64,000 bases of DNA, from positions 8,814-72,813 of the IMG/VR virus record IMGVR_UViG_3300042470_001171, one strand, 5' to 3'. Each line of letters begins with the position of its first letter. Within the stretch, counting starts at the first letter, position 1. The notes under the pieces are model-generated. The model worked only from the letters and a program-made list of their open reading frames with translations. It was not told the DNA's origin and searched no databases. This stretch comes from a virus. Lineage: Duplodnaviria > Caudoviricetes. Positions 25,909-35,257 of this stretch are shown piece by piece. Made by a program: the position numbers and the translations under genes.

Positions 25909-26756
25909 TGAAAAGCGTTACATCAGTCAGCGGCGGCAAGACAAGCGCTTATATGGCGTTTCACTACCCAACGGACTACTACATTTTTTCAGTAGTCCTG
26001 ACTGACCATGCGCCATCAGCACCTAAGGATTCTGGCCTGCTGCGGGAGGCTCAGGCTAGGATTCCTGGCTTTATTGCTACCCATGAAGCTGACCAGACTT
26101 TGGCCAATGTCCTAAGGCTAGAGCAAGAGCTAGGCAAGCCGATCCAATGGGTGGCGGCAGAATATAGCCTAGATCGGTTTGTTGCGAAACAAACCGATCT
26201 ACCTAACTACCGTTCAGGTGGCCCGATGCTACCTAATAAGCAGTTGCGGTTCTGCACTATTCAGCAAAAGATCATGCCGATCTTTTGGCATGTATGGCGG
26301 TTTTGGTGGGACGGCGACCCACTGCTGATGAATATTGGCTTTAGGTGGGATGAACCCAGACGGGTAGAAGGCTGGAACTGCGACAACGACAAGGTAAAAG
26401 CGCCAGTGGCTTGTGGGCTAACGCCTGATAAGCGCTGGCAGTATACCACCGTCGAATGGCGAGTGCCCCAGTTTCCTTTGTACAACGACAGGATCAGTCA
26501 CAACACTATCCGCCAATTCTGGAATCGTAAGGGCTGGGTGTTCCCTGAAATTAGCAACTGTCGCTTTTGCTTCCACCACACAGCGGTACAGCTCCAACGC
26601 CAAGCCGTGTTGGAACCCGAAAACTTGCAATGGTGGCTAGCGCAAGAGGAGCGGGTTGGGGCCAGCTTTGGCACTCGTCCATTAGCTGAAATCCTGCGCC
26701 AGCCAGTGTTAGACGTGTTTGACGACAACCGGCAATCTTGTTTTTGTGGAGATTAA
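25908..26756 (+). CDS. PAPS-reductase-like (PP-loop) protein
   Basis: SVSGGKTSAYM, RFCT..KI.P, IGFRWDE..R, SNCRFCF. Confidence 0.8.
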   Translation: MKSVTSVSGGKTSAYMAFHYPTDYYIFSVVLTDHAPSAPKDSGLLREAQARIPGFIATHEADQTLANVLRLEQELGKPIQWVAAEYSLDRFVAKQTDLPNYRSGGPMLPNKQLRFCTIQQKIMPIFWHVWRFWWDGDPLLMNIGFRWDEPRRVEGWNCDNDKVKAPVACGLTPDKRWQYTTVEWRVPQFPLYNDRISHNTIRQFWNRKGWVFPEISNCRFCFHHTAVQLQRQAVLEPENLQWWLAQEERVGASFGTRPLAEILRQPVLDVFDDNRQSCFCGD

Positions 26757-26758
26757 TC

Positions 26759-27709
26759 ATGCCATTACCTTGTCTGCCAGTGCATGTGGTTGTTGCCACA
26801 CAGCCTGGAATGTCTCAAAGTTTCGAGTGCCAGATTCCTGCCTTCAGCGAAGAGTCCGATCCAGCTGCTGCTGCCGCTGTGTGGCTGTGGCGCAAGTGGG
26901 GCGATATGCTGGTGCCCCCCGCCCAGCCCTGGCCCTGGCCGCTGGAGCAGTACACGGTGTTTTATGAGCTGCCTTTTAGCGGGCGGTTAGTGTTTGAGTC
27001 CCAGGCAGGCTATGCGCCGCCAGCCTGTTGGCCTAGGCCCGTCCTGCAGGAGGTGGCGGTGTGATGGATTCGTTGTCGCTTGAGAAACAGCTTGAGGTCA
27101 ACACCTTTGAGCGGGTAGTCGATGGCCTAGCTTTTACTGAGGCTAACTTCAAGGAACTGCAGGAGATCTGCAAGGGCCTGAAGCGACTCGAAGTAGGTCA
27201 GCGGGCCTTCCTGGCTGATCAGGTCAAGTCGGCATGGGGGAAGCTGTCATGAGTGAGGCCAACCGCTTGATCGGCCTACTGCGCCGCATGCAACGCCACC
27301 GCAACAATGACCGGGTTCTGGCCATGCCTAGCACCGTAGGCCACTACCGTAAAGCAATGGCCCCAGATATTTGCCTGGGCTGCCAATACCACAGCCCTAG
27401 CAGCCGGTTTTACCTGCCCTGTGCGGTGCGCCCCTACGGCCCACCGGCCAACGATACCTGCCCTGATCAAGAGCCACGACCATGAACCTAGCCCGACAAC
27501 TGGCGGCCTATTGCACCGCCAACCCTGAAGAAACCAGCCGACTGGTGGAGGTCGCCATTGGCTACCTGCTAGAGCAGGCTAGCCCGGAGAACCTGCAAGC
27601 CATGGCAGCGCTGATGCCCAGGTCAGAGCCAGGGGCATCGTTGGCCTTGAGCCTGCGGATACTGGCTGAGGACAGGCGGACCTCGCCCTTTAGCCTGGGA
27701 GGGAAGTGA
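26759..27709 (+). CDS. Four small coupled hypothetical ORFs (26759-27064, 27061-27252, 27249-27485, 27482-27709)
   Basis: Overlapping start/stop codons; the third has C..C..Y..S..LPCAV.P Cys motif. Confidence 0.55.
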
Positions 27710-28632
27710 TGAACTACTACAACGAAAATGATCCCCAAGCGTCGGCATGGTTGAAGGAGTTGATAGCTCAGGGCGCTTTGCCGGATGGCGTTGTTGACGA
27801 TAGGAGCATTGAGGATGTCACTCCAATTGAGCTTGAGCCTTACGTCCAATGCCACTTCTTCGCCGGTATCGGCGGGTGGCCCTATGCCTTGCAACTTGCC
27901 GGATGGCCAGAGGACCGACCCGTATGGACCGGTAGTTGCCCATGCCAGCCTTTCAGCGCGGCAGGCAAAGGAGCGGGGACTGCTGATGAGCGGCACCTAT
28001 GGCCAGCGTTCTTTTGGCTCATTAGCCAGTGTCGCCCTGAGATCGTCTTTGGTGAGCAGGTTGCATCAAGCGATGCCCTTGGATGGTGGGATGTTGTATC
28101 AACTGACCTGGAAGCAGCGGACTACGCCTGCGGGGGAGTCGATCTATGCGCTGCGGGCGTCGGCGCGTTCCATCTGCGCCAGCGACTGTACTGGGTTGGC
28201 ACCTTGGTCAACACCCCAAGCCAAGGACAACAAGGGCGGCTACAGCCGTCGGTGGGTGGAGAACGTTCACGGGCGATCTCTCAACGATCAGGTGATGTTA
28301 GTTCCCTGGCCAACCCCGGCGGCCAGGGATTGGAAATCGAGCGCCAGCAACAAACATGGGGACAATGCCAGACCCTTGAACGAGGTAGCCAAGCTAACCC
28401 ATGGCGACACCCCGACTGGCTCCCCTGCCGAGACGGCAAAGCCCGGCCAGCTCAATCCGGCATTTTCCCGTTGGTTAATGGGGTTCCCGCCGATCTGGTG
28501 TGTGGCAGCAATCCTGGCATGCCGGCAAATGAAACGGCGGAAGCCAGAACCATGAGGCTACGCGGCTACGGAAACGCCATCGTTCCCCAGCTAGCCGCCC
28601 AGTTTATTGCAGCAGTCATGAGAGGCAAATAG
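27709..28632 (+). CDS. C5 cytosine DNA methyltransferase, main chain
   Basis: HFFAGIGG (motif I), GSCPCQPFS (IV), GEQV (VI), H.RQRLYW (VIII), RLRGYGNAIVP (X). Confidence 0.9.
   Translation: MNYYNENDPQASAWLKELIAQGALPDGVVDDRSIEDVTPIELEPYVQCHFFAGIGGWPYALQLAGWPEDRPVWTGSCPCQPFSAAGKGAGTADERHLWPAFFWLISQCRPEIVFGEQVASSDALGWWDVVSTDLEAADYACGGVDLCAAGVGAFHLRQRLYWVGTLVNTPSQGQQGRLQPSVGGERSRAISQRSGDVSSLANPGGQGLEIERQQQTWGQCQTLERGSQANPWRHPDWLPCRDGKARPAQSGIFPLVNGVPADLVCGSNPGMPANETAEARTMRLRGYGNAIVPQLAAQFIAAVMRGK
27785..28555 (+). CDS. Nested alternative-frame ORF, probable second MTase chain (true start likely internal, e.g. 27986)
   Basis: WSTPQAKD, WPTPAARDWK, LNPAFSRWLMGFP (motif IX-like, missing from the main frame). 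Confidence 0.65.
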   Translation: MALLTIGALRMSLQLSLSLTSNATSSPVSAGGPMPCNLPDGQRTDPYGPVVAHASLSARQAKERGLLMSGTYGQRSFGSLASVALRSSLVSRLHQAMPLDGGMLYQLTWKQRTTPAGESIYALRASARSICASDCTGLAPWSTPQAKDNKGGYSRRWVENVHGRSLNDQVMLVPWPTPAARDWKSSASNKHGDNARPLNEVAKLTHGDTPTGSPAETAKPGQLNPAFSRWLMGFPPIWCVAAILACRQMKRRKPEP

Positions 28633-28634
28633 CC

Positions 28635-28832
28635 ATGCAACTAAGCTCCCAGGCAAAGGCCACATTCCGCAAAGGCATTGCCCGCACCAAAGCCGCCCAG
28701 GCTGCGGCCAAGGAGCTAGCCGCCCTGGTGCTAGCCCAGCCAGACGCCCCGCCAGCCATGCAGGCCCTGGCCCGGCAGGTGCTTGATCCGGTGGTGGTGG
28801 TAATGGAGGAAGAGCAGCAGGACGCGGCGTAG
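28635..28832 (+). CDS. Hypothetical protein
   Basis: 65-aa ORF ending the operon. Confidence 0.5.
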   Translation: MQLSSQAKATFRKGIARTKAAQAAAKELAALVLAQPDAPPAMQALARQVLDPVVVVMEEEQQDAA

Positions 28833-28836
28833 GCCA

Positions 28837-29078
28837 GGCCCCACGGGTGTGGGGGTGAGTCTTGCGACTCTTGAGGCCCACTGCGGTGGGGGTGTCTCGA
28901 CTTGGGGAAAGGTGCCCCACCAAGTGGGGGTGAGTCGAGATGGCGGGGAGGCCCACTGCGGTGGGGGTGAGTCGGTTTAGCTCCTGTGCCCCACTAGGTG
29001 GGGGTGACTCCTACAGGGTTATGGTGTCCCACGGGGTGGGGGTGGCTCAGTAGCCTTTGAGGCCCCACGGGGTGGGGG
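28837..29078 (+). CRISPR. Seven-repeat ultra-short-spacer array (about 12-nt spacers, about 37-nt period)
   Basis: GGGGG anchors 28851, 28888, 28926, 28963, 29000, 29038, 29074; handle GTG(A/T/G)(G/C)TC. Confidence 0.8.
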
Positions 29079-29182
29079 AAGAAACCCAGCCATGGGCTAA
29101 TGATTGGGTTGTGCTAAAATAGAAGTGCCCTAGGGCGGCTCAACACCCCAGGGCAATGTCCCCTACCACAACTAGGAGAGCT

Positions 29183-29884
29183 ATGAATAGCTTAGCAGTT
29201 TTTGAGTTTGATTACAGTGGTTCCACCGTTCGCAGCACCGAGGATCGGCGGTTTAGTGTCTACGATGTGCTGGTAGCGTTCGGGGTGGCTGATAAGCCAT
29301 CCAACGCTAAGAATGTCTATGATCGGCTTGCTGCAAGCAATCTAGAACTAACTACGATCTGTAGTAAGTTCAAATTCCCAGGCCGAGGGCAGCGAGACAC
29401 CCCGGTAGCCACTGAAGAGGGCATCTACCAGATCCTGATGCTGTGCCCTGGCCAGCGTGGTGCAGAGTTCCGGGCCTGGGCCGCTGGCATTCTTGCCGAC
29501 CCAGACAAGGCCCTGACCCATGCTGTCAGCAAGTACAAGCGCCAAGGCCGATCCGACAACTGGATTAAGGCTAGGCTAGACGGCAAGCTGAACCGCCGAC
29601 ACTTCACCGATACCCTCAAGGAACACGGTGTTGAAGGTATTGGCTATGCCAAGTGCAGCGATGCTATCAACGTCCCGATCCTGGGTGCCCCGGCCAAGCA
29701 GATCCAGCAGGCCCGGGGAGTAGTGCATACCAGGGATGGGCTTGATGATGTGGAGCTAGCGGCCATCAGCCTGGCTGAAGCAGTGGCTAGAAGGTCAATT
29801 GACCAGGATAGCCGCTGGGGCAATAGCCAGTGCGAAGAGGCTTGCGGCGATGCAGCTAGGAAGGTGAAGCGGGTTTTCGAGTAG
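29183..29884 (+). CDS. Antirepressor-like DNA-binding protein (BRO-N-like N-terminus)
   Basis: VRST..RFSVYDVL, KFPGRGQRDTPVA..EGIYQILM..PG..GAEFRAW. Confidence 0.7.
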   Translation: MNSLAVFEFDYSGSTVRSTEDRRFSVYDVLVAFGVADKPSNAKNVYDRLAASNLELTTICSKFKFPGRGQRDTPVATEEGIYQILMLCPGQRGAEFRAWAAGILADPDKALTHAVSKYKRQGRSDNWIKARLDGKLNRRHFTDTLKEHGVEGIGYAKCSDAINVPILGAPAKQIQQARGVVHTRDGLDDVELAAISLAEAVARRSIDQDSRWGNSQCEEACGDAARKVKRVFE

Positions 29885-29966
29885 TAGAACCCAACTGTAA
29901 GCTGGTGGCTGTTGTCTGGGAATTATATGTTAAGCTGGATCCACAGCTTGACAAAATCCCTCGGTT

Positions 29967-31841
29967 ATGCGTAATACTCCTGACGACAGCCAGATCAAAC
30001 TGTTTGACTTTTTTGATGAAGTCAAGCCTAAGATTGAGCTAGGGCAGTCGTTTGAGCGCGTCGACGATGCTGCTAAGCAAGGGTTGATTCCGCCGTACGA
30101 TTTTCAAAGTCCTGAAGGAATACCGTTTTGGCTACTGGTTACTGCATCAGGGTTCAAGGGGGAAGAGCGAGATGATTGTTGTGACCTTTACGCCAAAAAG
30201 GGCTCAACCGACCTTGTCGATCCTGTGCAGTTGCCGGTCGAGCTAGCATGTCTGGCTCTATATAAAAATATTGAGTTTTATCGGTCCACGAAGGCTGTTG
30301 ACGATGACGCAATTATTGTCAGCATTGGCAGCAAACTTGGTAGCCTGAAGCAGGCGATCATTGATTCCGGTCAGACGATTTCTCAGTCTCAGTCAGTCAG
30401 GCGGGTGTTGACTGCCAGGGCATTGATTGATTACCTAGGGATTGGCGGGCATCCGTTTTTTGGTGAACAGGATCAAAGGTCAGGCCTGGAAATTAAGGTA
30501 GATGAGCGAATATTAAAGGCTTGCGTCCGTCCGATCACGGGTACTAATCTGCGGAGTAAAGCCCGAGGTAACGGGGATGAAGAGCGCAGTCTTTATCCTG
30601 ATCGGATTGAATATTTAGTTCAGCAAGAAAAGTTATATACCTGGAAGGAACGTAGGGTTAACTACTACTGCGTGACCCCTCCGCCAGATGAGCCAGATCC
30701 AGCCTCGGCTGTCGTTGAAGCTGAGGTTGAGGTAGTCGAAGTTGCCCAGGAAAGTCCTGGGGCGTTGGTACCAATCGCCCAAGCCCTGACCAATGCTGAG
30801 ACGCTGCAAGACGTTTTAGAACACGGAGTTCGGCAGAGGTTTTATGAGACTTTTCAGGAAGACAAAAACCAGGAGTTGTTTGAAGGCGCTTTACTTGCCT
30901 GCGCTAGAGGAATAGGCCGTCAGTTTGAATGGGTCATGTTTGAAGGCAAGAAATGGCTAACGGTCAAACAGCTGGCATCATTGCTGAGCCTGGAGGAAAA
31001 TAGCGTTCTTTGGTGGTTTAGAGGCTGCCCCGTACAAGAAACTGTTTTAACTGAGCGGTTGGCCGGGGATAGGTTAAAAAACTACAAAAACATTTATAAC
31101 CCCCTGACCCCTCCAGAGGCAGGTGAGTGGTACTCACCTGCCTCTGGAGGGGTAGAGGGGTTGTTTGACAAAACGGTCCATCCATTTTCATCTCACTTGC
31201 TATTGTTCAACCCTGCCGGGGCGTCTTGGATAGCTTTGGCGGCGCGTACTGAGCCAGCCGAGTTGATTAAGAGCAGTTTTTGGGTTGCATTGGCAGAGAT
31301 CGCTAATGTCCTAAAAGGTCAGATACAAACATCGGGAAATTCTCTTCAAACTTCCGATCCAGTCGCGTGGGAAATGTTGGTTAACATACATAGGGATGTA
31401 CAGATTGTGAAAGATCGGTTGGATAATAATGTAGTTCCTACAACTATTAGGACAGAAGAGATAGTGAACGAAATCAACAGAAACACAAGCTCCCCACGGA
31501 GACATTTTCTCCCAGAAGCTATATCTGGCGCTATAGAGGCTTTCCTGTACATCACGCTCAATGCCGGGCGGGATGTCATAGACCAAACGTTACTGATCAA
31601 CGCTGATGGGTCTAAAACTAAAGATTGCGAGCTTGATCACATAAGGAGCAGGTCAGTCAGATCTGCCGAAAATTGTATGCCGCTAAGTAAATCTACTCAT
31701 CTCAAAAAAACCCACGGACAACTGACACCTGAGGAAAAATCCACGCTTGAAAGGGCGGAAAAGGCCATAGAACACTATTGGGCACAGAAGAGTCAGATAG
31801 AGCCCTATCAGCCGGGCCTTTTACTTGACACCCAACTATAA
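29967..31841 (+). CDS. Large low-GC protein with C-terminal HNH-like motif
   Basis: 624-aa ORF; CELDHI..AENCMPLSKSTHLKKT. Confidence 0.65.
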   Translation: MRNTPDDSQIKLFDFFDEVKPKIELGQSFERVDDAAKQGLIPPYDFQSPEGIPFWLLVTASGFKGEERDDCCDLYAKKGSTDLVDPVQLPVELACLALYKNIEFYRSTKAVDDDAIIVSIGSKLGSLKQAIIDSGQTISQSQSVRRVLTARALIDYLGIGGHPFFGEQDQRSGLEIKVDERILKACVRPITGTNLRSKARGNGDEERSLYPDRIEYLVQQEKLYTWKERRVNYYCVTPPPDEPDPASAVVEAEVEVVEVAQESPGALVPIAQALTNAETLQDVLEHGVRQRFYETFQEDKNQELFEGALLACARGIGRQFEWVMFEGKKWLTVKQLASLLSLEENSVLWWFRGCPVQETVLTERLAGDRLKNYKNIYNPLTPPEAGEWYSPASGGVEGLFDKTVHPFSSHLLLFNPAGASWIALAARTEPAELIKSSFWVALAEIANVLKGQIQTSGNSLQTSDPVAWEMLVNIHRDVQIVKDRLDNNVVPTTIRTEEIVNEINRNTSSPRRHFLPEAISGAIEAFLYITLNAGRDVIDQTLLINADGSKTKDCELDHIRSRSVRSAENCMPLSKSTHLKKTHGQLTPEEKSTLERAEKAIEHYWAQKSQIEPYQPGLLLDTQL

Positions 31842-32035
31842 GCGGCTAGCCTGTTGACACATTCTGCAGCCGGTGTTAGCATGTTGGTTCCTGGCCTGGG
31901 GTGGTGCCTGGGCTTTGGTAGTAATTTCGCTTTTTTGGAGAAGGACGGTCGTTAGGCCGTCTTTTTTATGCCTTACCCCCCACCCCAGCCCGCTGGCCAC
32001 CTGGCGGGCTTTGTCGTGGCTGGCCAGGGCTGGCC

Positions 32036-32584
32036 CTAGCGGTACGGGTCCACCGGGCCTATGGCCTTCCCCCCAGCCACCACAGCCCGGGCATCCACAT
32101 CAGCGCCATAGCTAGCCATGGCATCCGCCGCCACTTCAGCCATAGCCAGGTCTAGCCTAGCTAGGTAAAGCTGGGGCCTAGCTGGCCAGATGCAGCATAG
32201 CCCGGGCTCTGCCGCCAGGGCATCTCCACTGGCCACCAGGGTAAGGTACTGGGCGGTGTCGGGGTCGATGGGATCATGGGGGAGGGTAGACAGCAGCCAG
32301 TCTGCCACCAGGCGGGCCTTGATCTCCTGGCCATGGCATAGCCAGCCGTAGAACACCTCCCGCAGATCTCGCACCCAGGCAGGGCACCACCACAACACCT
32401 CCCCGGCCTCCAGCATGGCCGCCAGGGCATCAGTAGGGTATCCGGTAGCCTCCAGTGCCTCAACGTGGGCGCTGACAGCTTCTAGGGCTTCCTGGTCCAG
32501 GTCGGTGGCAAACCATAGCTCCCAGTCGGCTGAGGCTGTTGCTGAGGCGGCCTGGGCTTCCAGGTAAGCGGTGGTGGGGCTCAT
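32036..32584 (-). CDS. Hypothetical protein
   Basis: 182-aa ORF, ATGA-coupled. Confidence 0.65.
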   Translation of the reverse strand: MSPTTAYLEAQAASATASADWELWFATDLDQEALEAVSAHVEALEATGYPTDALAAMLEAGEVLWWCPAWVRDLREVFYGWLCHGQEIKARLVADWLLSTLPHDPIDPDTAQYLTLVASGDALAAEPGLCCIWPARPQLYLARLDLAMAEVAADAMASYGADVDARAVVAGGKAIGPVDPYR

Positions 32585-32940
32585 GGTTTGTCAGTCTTCC
32601 CAAAGAAAAAGTTGGCAGTGTCCTGGGCCACCCGATAGGACGGCCTATGAGGCTGTTCATCCCTGCGGATCGGGGTGACTCCCATGGTATTGCAATAGGC
32701 GTAGATGGCCTCCCTCAATAGCGCCATGTCTTTGCTGCGCCATAGCTTCATCGGGTGAATGCCCAGGGTGTCGACGATCAGCTTCTGGCACCATCCAGGG
32801 TTAACGCCTTGGGACTCCATGAATAGGAAAAAGTCTTTCCCCGCCTGCCTGCACTTTTCCGATAGTTCATCGTCAGAGTAGCGGGATATAACCTCTTCAA
32901 TTTGCTGCAAAATTGCCAGGATCTTCTGGTTTTGGTTCAT
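32581..32940 (-). CDS. Hypothetical protein
   Basis: 119-aa ORF with GAGG RBS. Confidence 0.65.
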   Translation of the reverse strand: MNQNQKILAILQQIEEVISRYSDDELSEKCRQAGKDFFLFMESQGVNPGWCQKLIVDTLGIHPMKLWRSKDMALLREAIYAYCNTMGVTPIRRDEQPHRPSYRVAQDTANFFFGKTDKP

Positions 32941-33323
32941 AATGTTTGTGCCTCACTTGTTAGCTGAATTAACGGTGGGGTAGCCGTTCCATCGTTTGTT
33001 GACGCAAGCGGTGGAACGCATCTACTATTTTACCCCATTTTTGATTAAAAGTCTTGGCCAGGGCAGGCCCCAAAGCAAAACCCCCAGCTAGGCCGGGGGT
33101 CTGCGGGGGAGTGTGGTTAGCACCAGGCTTCAAGCCCTTGGCTTCGACTTCCGTAGGCTAGCGACTGACGGGGAGGACAGCATCTCCGCCTAACCCCACT
33201 CCCCCCCCCACCACTCCCCCACCCCAGCCCGCTGGCCACCTGGCGGGCTTTGTCGTGGCTGGCCAGGGCTGGCCCCAAAGCAAAACCCCCAGCTAGGCCG
33301 GGGGTCTGCGGGGGAGGTGGTGG

Positions 33324-33500
33324 CTAGGCTACCTCGATCAGGGCCAGTAGCTTGGCCATTTCGTCACTGTTGTCTACGGTGTAGGCCCCGTTGCCATCGT
33401 TGCAGGTGACTTCCAGGGAGTCCTCGTTAACCTCGATGCTGACGATATGGGCCAGGTTGAGCAGGTAAGCGCCGTCTTGGATGGAAATAAACTTGGGCAT
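33324..33500 (-). CDS. Small hypothetical protein (stand-alone cassette)
   Basis: TTGACA/TATATT cassette plus ACCACTTACCGAGGA. Confidence 0.65.
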   Translation of the reverse strand: MPKFISIQDGAYLLNLAHIVSIEVNEDSLEVTCNDGNGAYTVDNSDEMAKLLALIEVA

Positions 33501-33647
33501 GGGTCGGTCCTCGGTAAGTGGTTCGATACCCTCAATATACCCCCCCTGTATCGAACTGTCAACCCCGGCCATGGGTTTTTTGTTGACGGCCATAGGCTTT
33601 TGTTCGGGTTTCTGCTAGGCTAGTGGGGACGTACATCGGATCCACCC

Positions 33648-34109
33648 ATGACTAAGACCCTTGCCCGCCTTGCCGACCTAGAGCCTGCCATCCTAGCTGA
33701 GCGGCCAGCCAGCGCTGATGCCCTGGGCGACCTACAACGCGCCATCCAACTGGTGAATGATGGCCTAGTCAGCGGGGAGCCTGTTGATACCATGGCTGCC
33801 CGGTATGTGGCCTGCATGGAGGCCCTGGTGGTGCTAGCCAGCCAGCAAGGCAGTAGCTTGGCCCAGTGTCGGGAGTCGTTGCAGGAGCCGATCAAAGGCT
33901 TTAGCCAGTTCTACAATAGCCAGCATCCCACCTGGGAGAAGCTGCCCCTGTGGATGTCCTGCCTAGCTGGGGCGCTTAAGTATTACTCGAAAATGGCGAT
34001 ATACCACCTAGGCGCTATTTCTGAGGCTATCAACGACGGTGCCCGGATCAACCTGGCCAGGACCGCAGACGACCTGCTGGCCATGCACTGGGCGGACAAG
34101 GTAGGCTAG
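33648..34109 (+). CDS. Hypothetical protein
   Basis: 153-aa ORF. Confidence 0.6.
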   Translation: MTKTLARLADLEPAILAERPASADALGDLQRAIQLVNDGLVSGEPVDTMAARYVACMEALVVLASQQGSSLAQCRESLQEPIKGFSQFYNSQHPTWEKLPLWMSCLAGALKYYSKMAIYHLGAISEAINDGARINLARTADDLLAMHWADKVG

Positions 34110-34386
34110 GGCCAGTTAGCCCGGAGGAACCATGACCCAAGACCAGATGATCGTTGAGCTACAGGCCATGTCAGCCTTGCTGAAGAGTGGCCAGGACTTT
34201 GACCGGGAGGCCCTGATCGCGGAGCTGAGCCAGCTGCGGGACCAGCTGCGGGCTGAGGCAGAAGCAGAGTAGCCTTACCACCCCGCCAGTACCCCGGCTA
34301 GCCCGGGGTTTTTTATTGCAGGCTGTTGACGGTTCGATATGGTGGGGGTATAGTGGAGGAAAGAAACCACTTACGAGGATCACGTT

Positions 34387-34632
34387 ATGTCTACGCCTAC
34401 TATGTGTCAAACCTTTGGGGCTGAGGTCAATCAAGCATTGGTGATGTTTGCGCCTGAGTACATGGGCGGCACAGTCGAGCAAGTTTCGTATGGTGATCGT
34501 GATGGTTGCCGCTATCAGAAGGATGACTTGATTATCGTTTTCGATGGCAGTCGTGTCAGCATTCCGCATAAAAACATCACCACTCACTCGGTATGGTCTA
34601 CCGTTGGCAAATATTTCTACAAGCCAGAGTAG
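34387..34632 (+). CDS. Hypothetical protein (stand-alone cassette)
   Basis: TTGACG..TATAGT, ACCACTTACGAGGA, flanked by similar terminators. Confidence 0.65.
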   Translation: MSTPTMCQTFGAEVNQALVMFAPEYMGGTVEQVSYGDRDGCRYQKDDLIIVFDGSRVSIPHKNITTHSVWSTVGKYFYKPE

Positions 34633-34714
34633 CCTGACTCCACGCCACCCCACCCCGGCTAGTCCGGGGTTTTTTGTTGCCTGGGCACCCTAAACAAAAC
34701 GATGGGGATCTGCT

Positions 34715-34897
34715 ATGGCTATTGTCTACATTGTCCTGGGCCTGGCTGCCATGACAGCCTGCCTCCTGTTTGCCGGGGCCACCCGGGTCGCTATCCGTCG
34801 CCGGCATCGCTCCTGGGTATCCACCGCCTGGGCCTCGGTGATCAGCGCTGGCTGGGTCGTGGTCGCTGTCCGTGGCCTGATGCAGTTGTGGCACTAA
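34715..34897 (+). CDS. Small two-TM membrane protein (holin candidate)
   Basis: Two hydrophobic helices with a basic loop; follows a late-promoter motif. Confidence 0.5.
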   Translation: MAIVYIVLGLAAMTACLLFAGATRVAIRRRHRSWVSTAWASVISAGWVVVAVRGLMQLWH

Positions 34898-34900
34898 ACT

Positions 34901-35257
34901 ATGTTGCTTTACTATCCCGATGGCCAGTCCATCAACATTCCAGACATTGACGCGCCTGCATGGATCCGACTCCATGGCATGACCACCGAACCGCCGTCAA
35001 GCCCGGCCCCATTGCCAGCGCCTAGCCCAGCTGCCATGCCCCAAGCTTTGGCCCTGATCAATGCAGCAGCTACGGCTGATGAGATCAGCGTCCTGCCCAC
35101 CATCGGCAAGGGTGCGGCCAAGCTGATCCTGGAGGCCCGGCCAGAGGGTGGCTACCCGTCCCTAGCTGCTATCTGGGAGCAATGCCCTAGGGTGCTGGCA
35201 AGGCCCTATAGCACCGATCCAGCGGTGGTGGAGGCCTGGGATGCCGACGCCCCTTGA
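34901..35257 (+). CDS. Helix-hairpin-helix domain protein
   Basis: INAAATADEISVLPTIGKGAAKLILEARPEGGYPSL. Confidence 0.75.
   Translation: MLLYYPDGQSINIPDIDAPAWIRLHGMTTEPPSSPAPLPAPSPAAMPQALALINAAATADEISVLPTIGKGAAKLILEARPEGGYPSLAAIWEQCPRVLARPYSTDPAVVEAWDADAP

Larger units (their letters stand above)
31977..33316. repeat. Duplicated intergenic blocks (about 31977-32037 = 33216-33276; about 33067-33110 = 33272-33315)
   Basis: CCCCACCCCAGCCCGCTGGCCACCTGGCGGGCTTTGTCGTGGCTGGCCAGGGCTGGCCC and GGCCCCAAAGCAAAACCCCCAGCTAGGCCGGGGGTCTGCGGGGGA; both contain terminator-like hairpins. Confidence 0.85.

Noticed and set aside
28837-29078. TIGR-Tas-like array (similar about 36-nt period)
   Set aside because: No dual-spacer layout with box C/D motifs and no Nop-domain gene seen; the units match the local I-E hairpin
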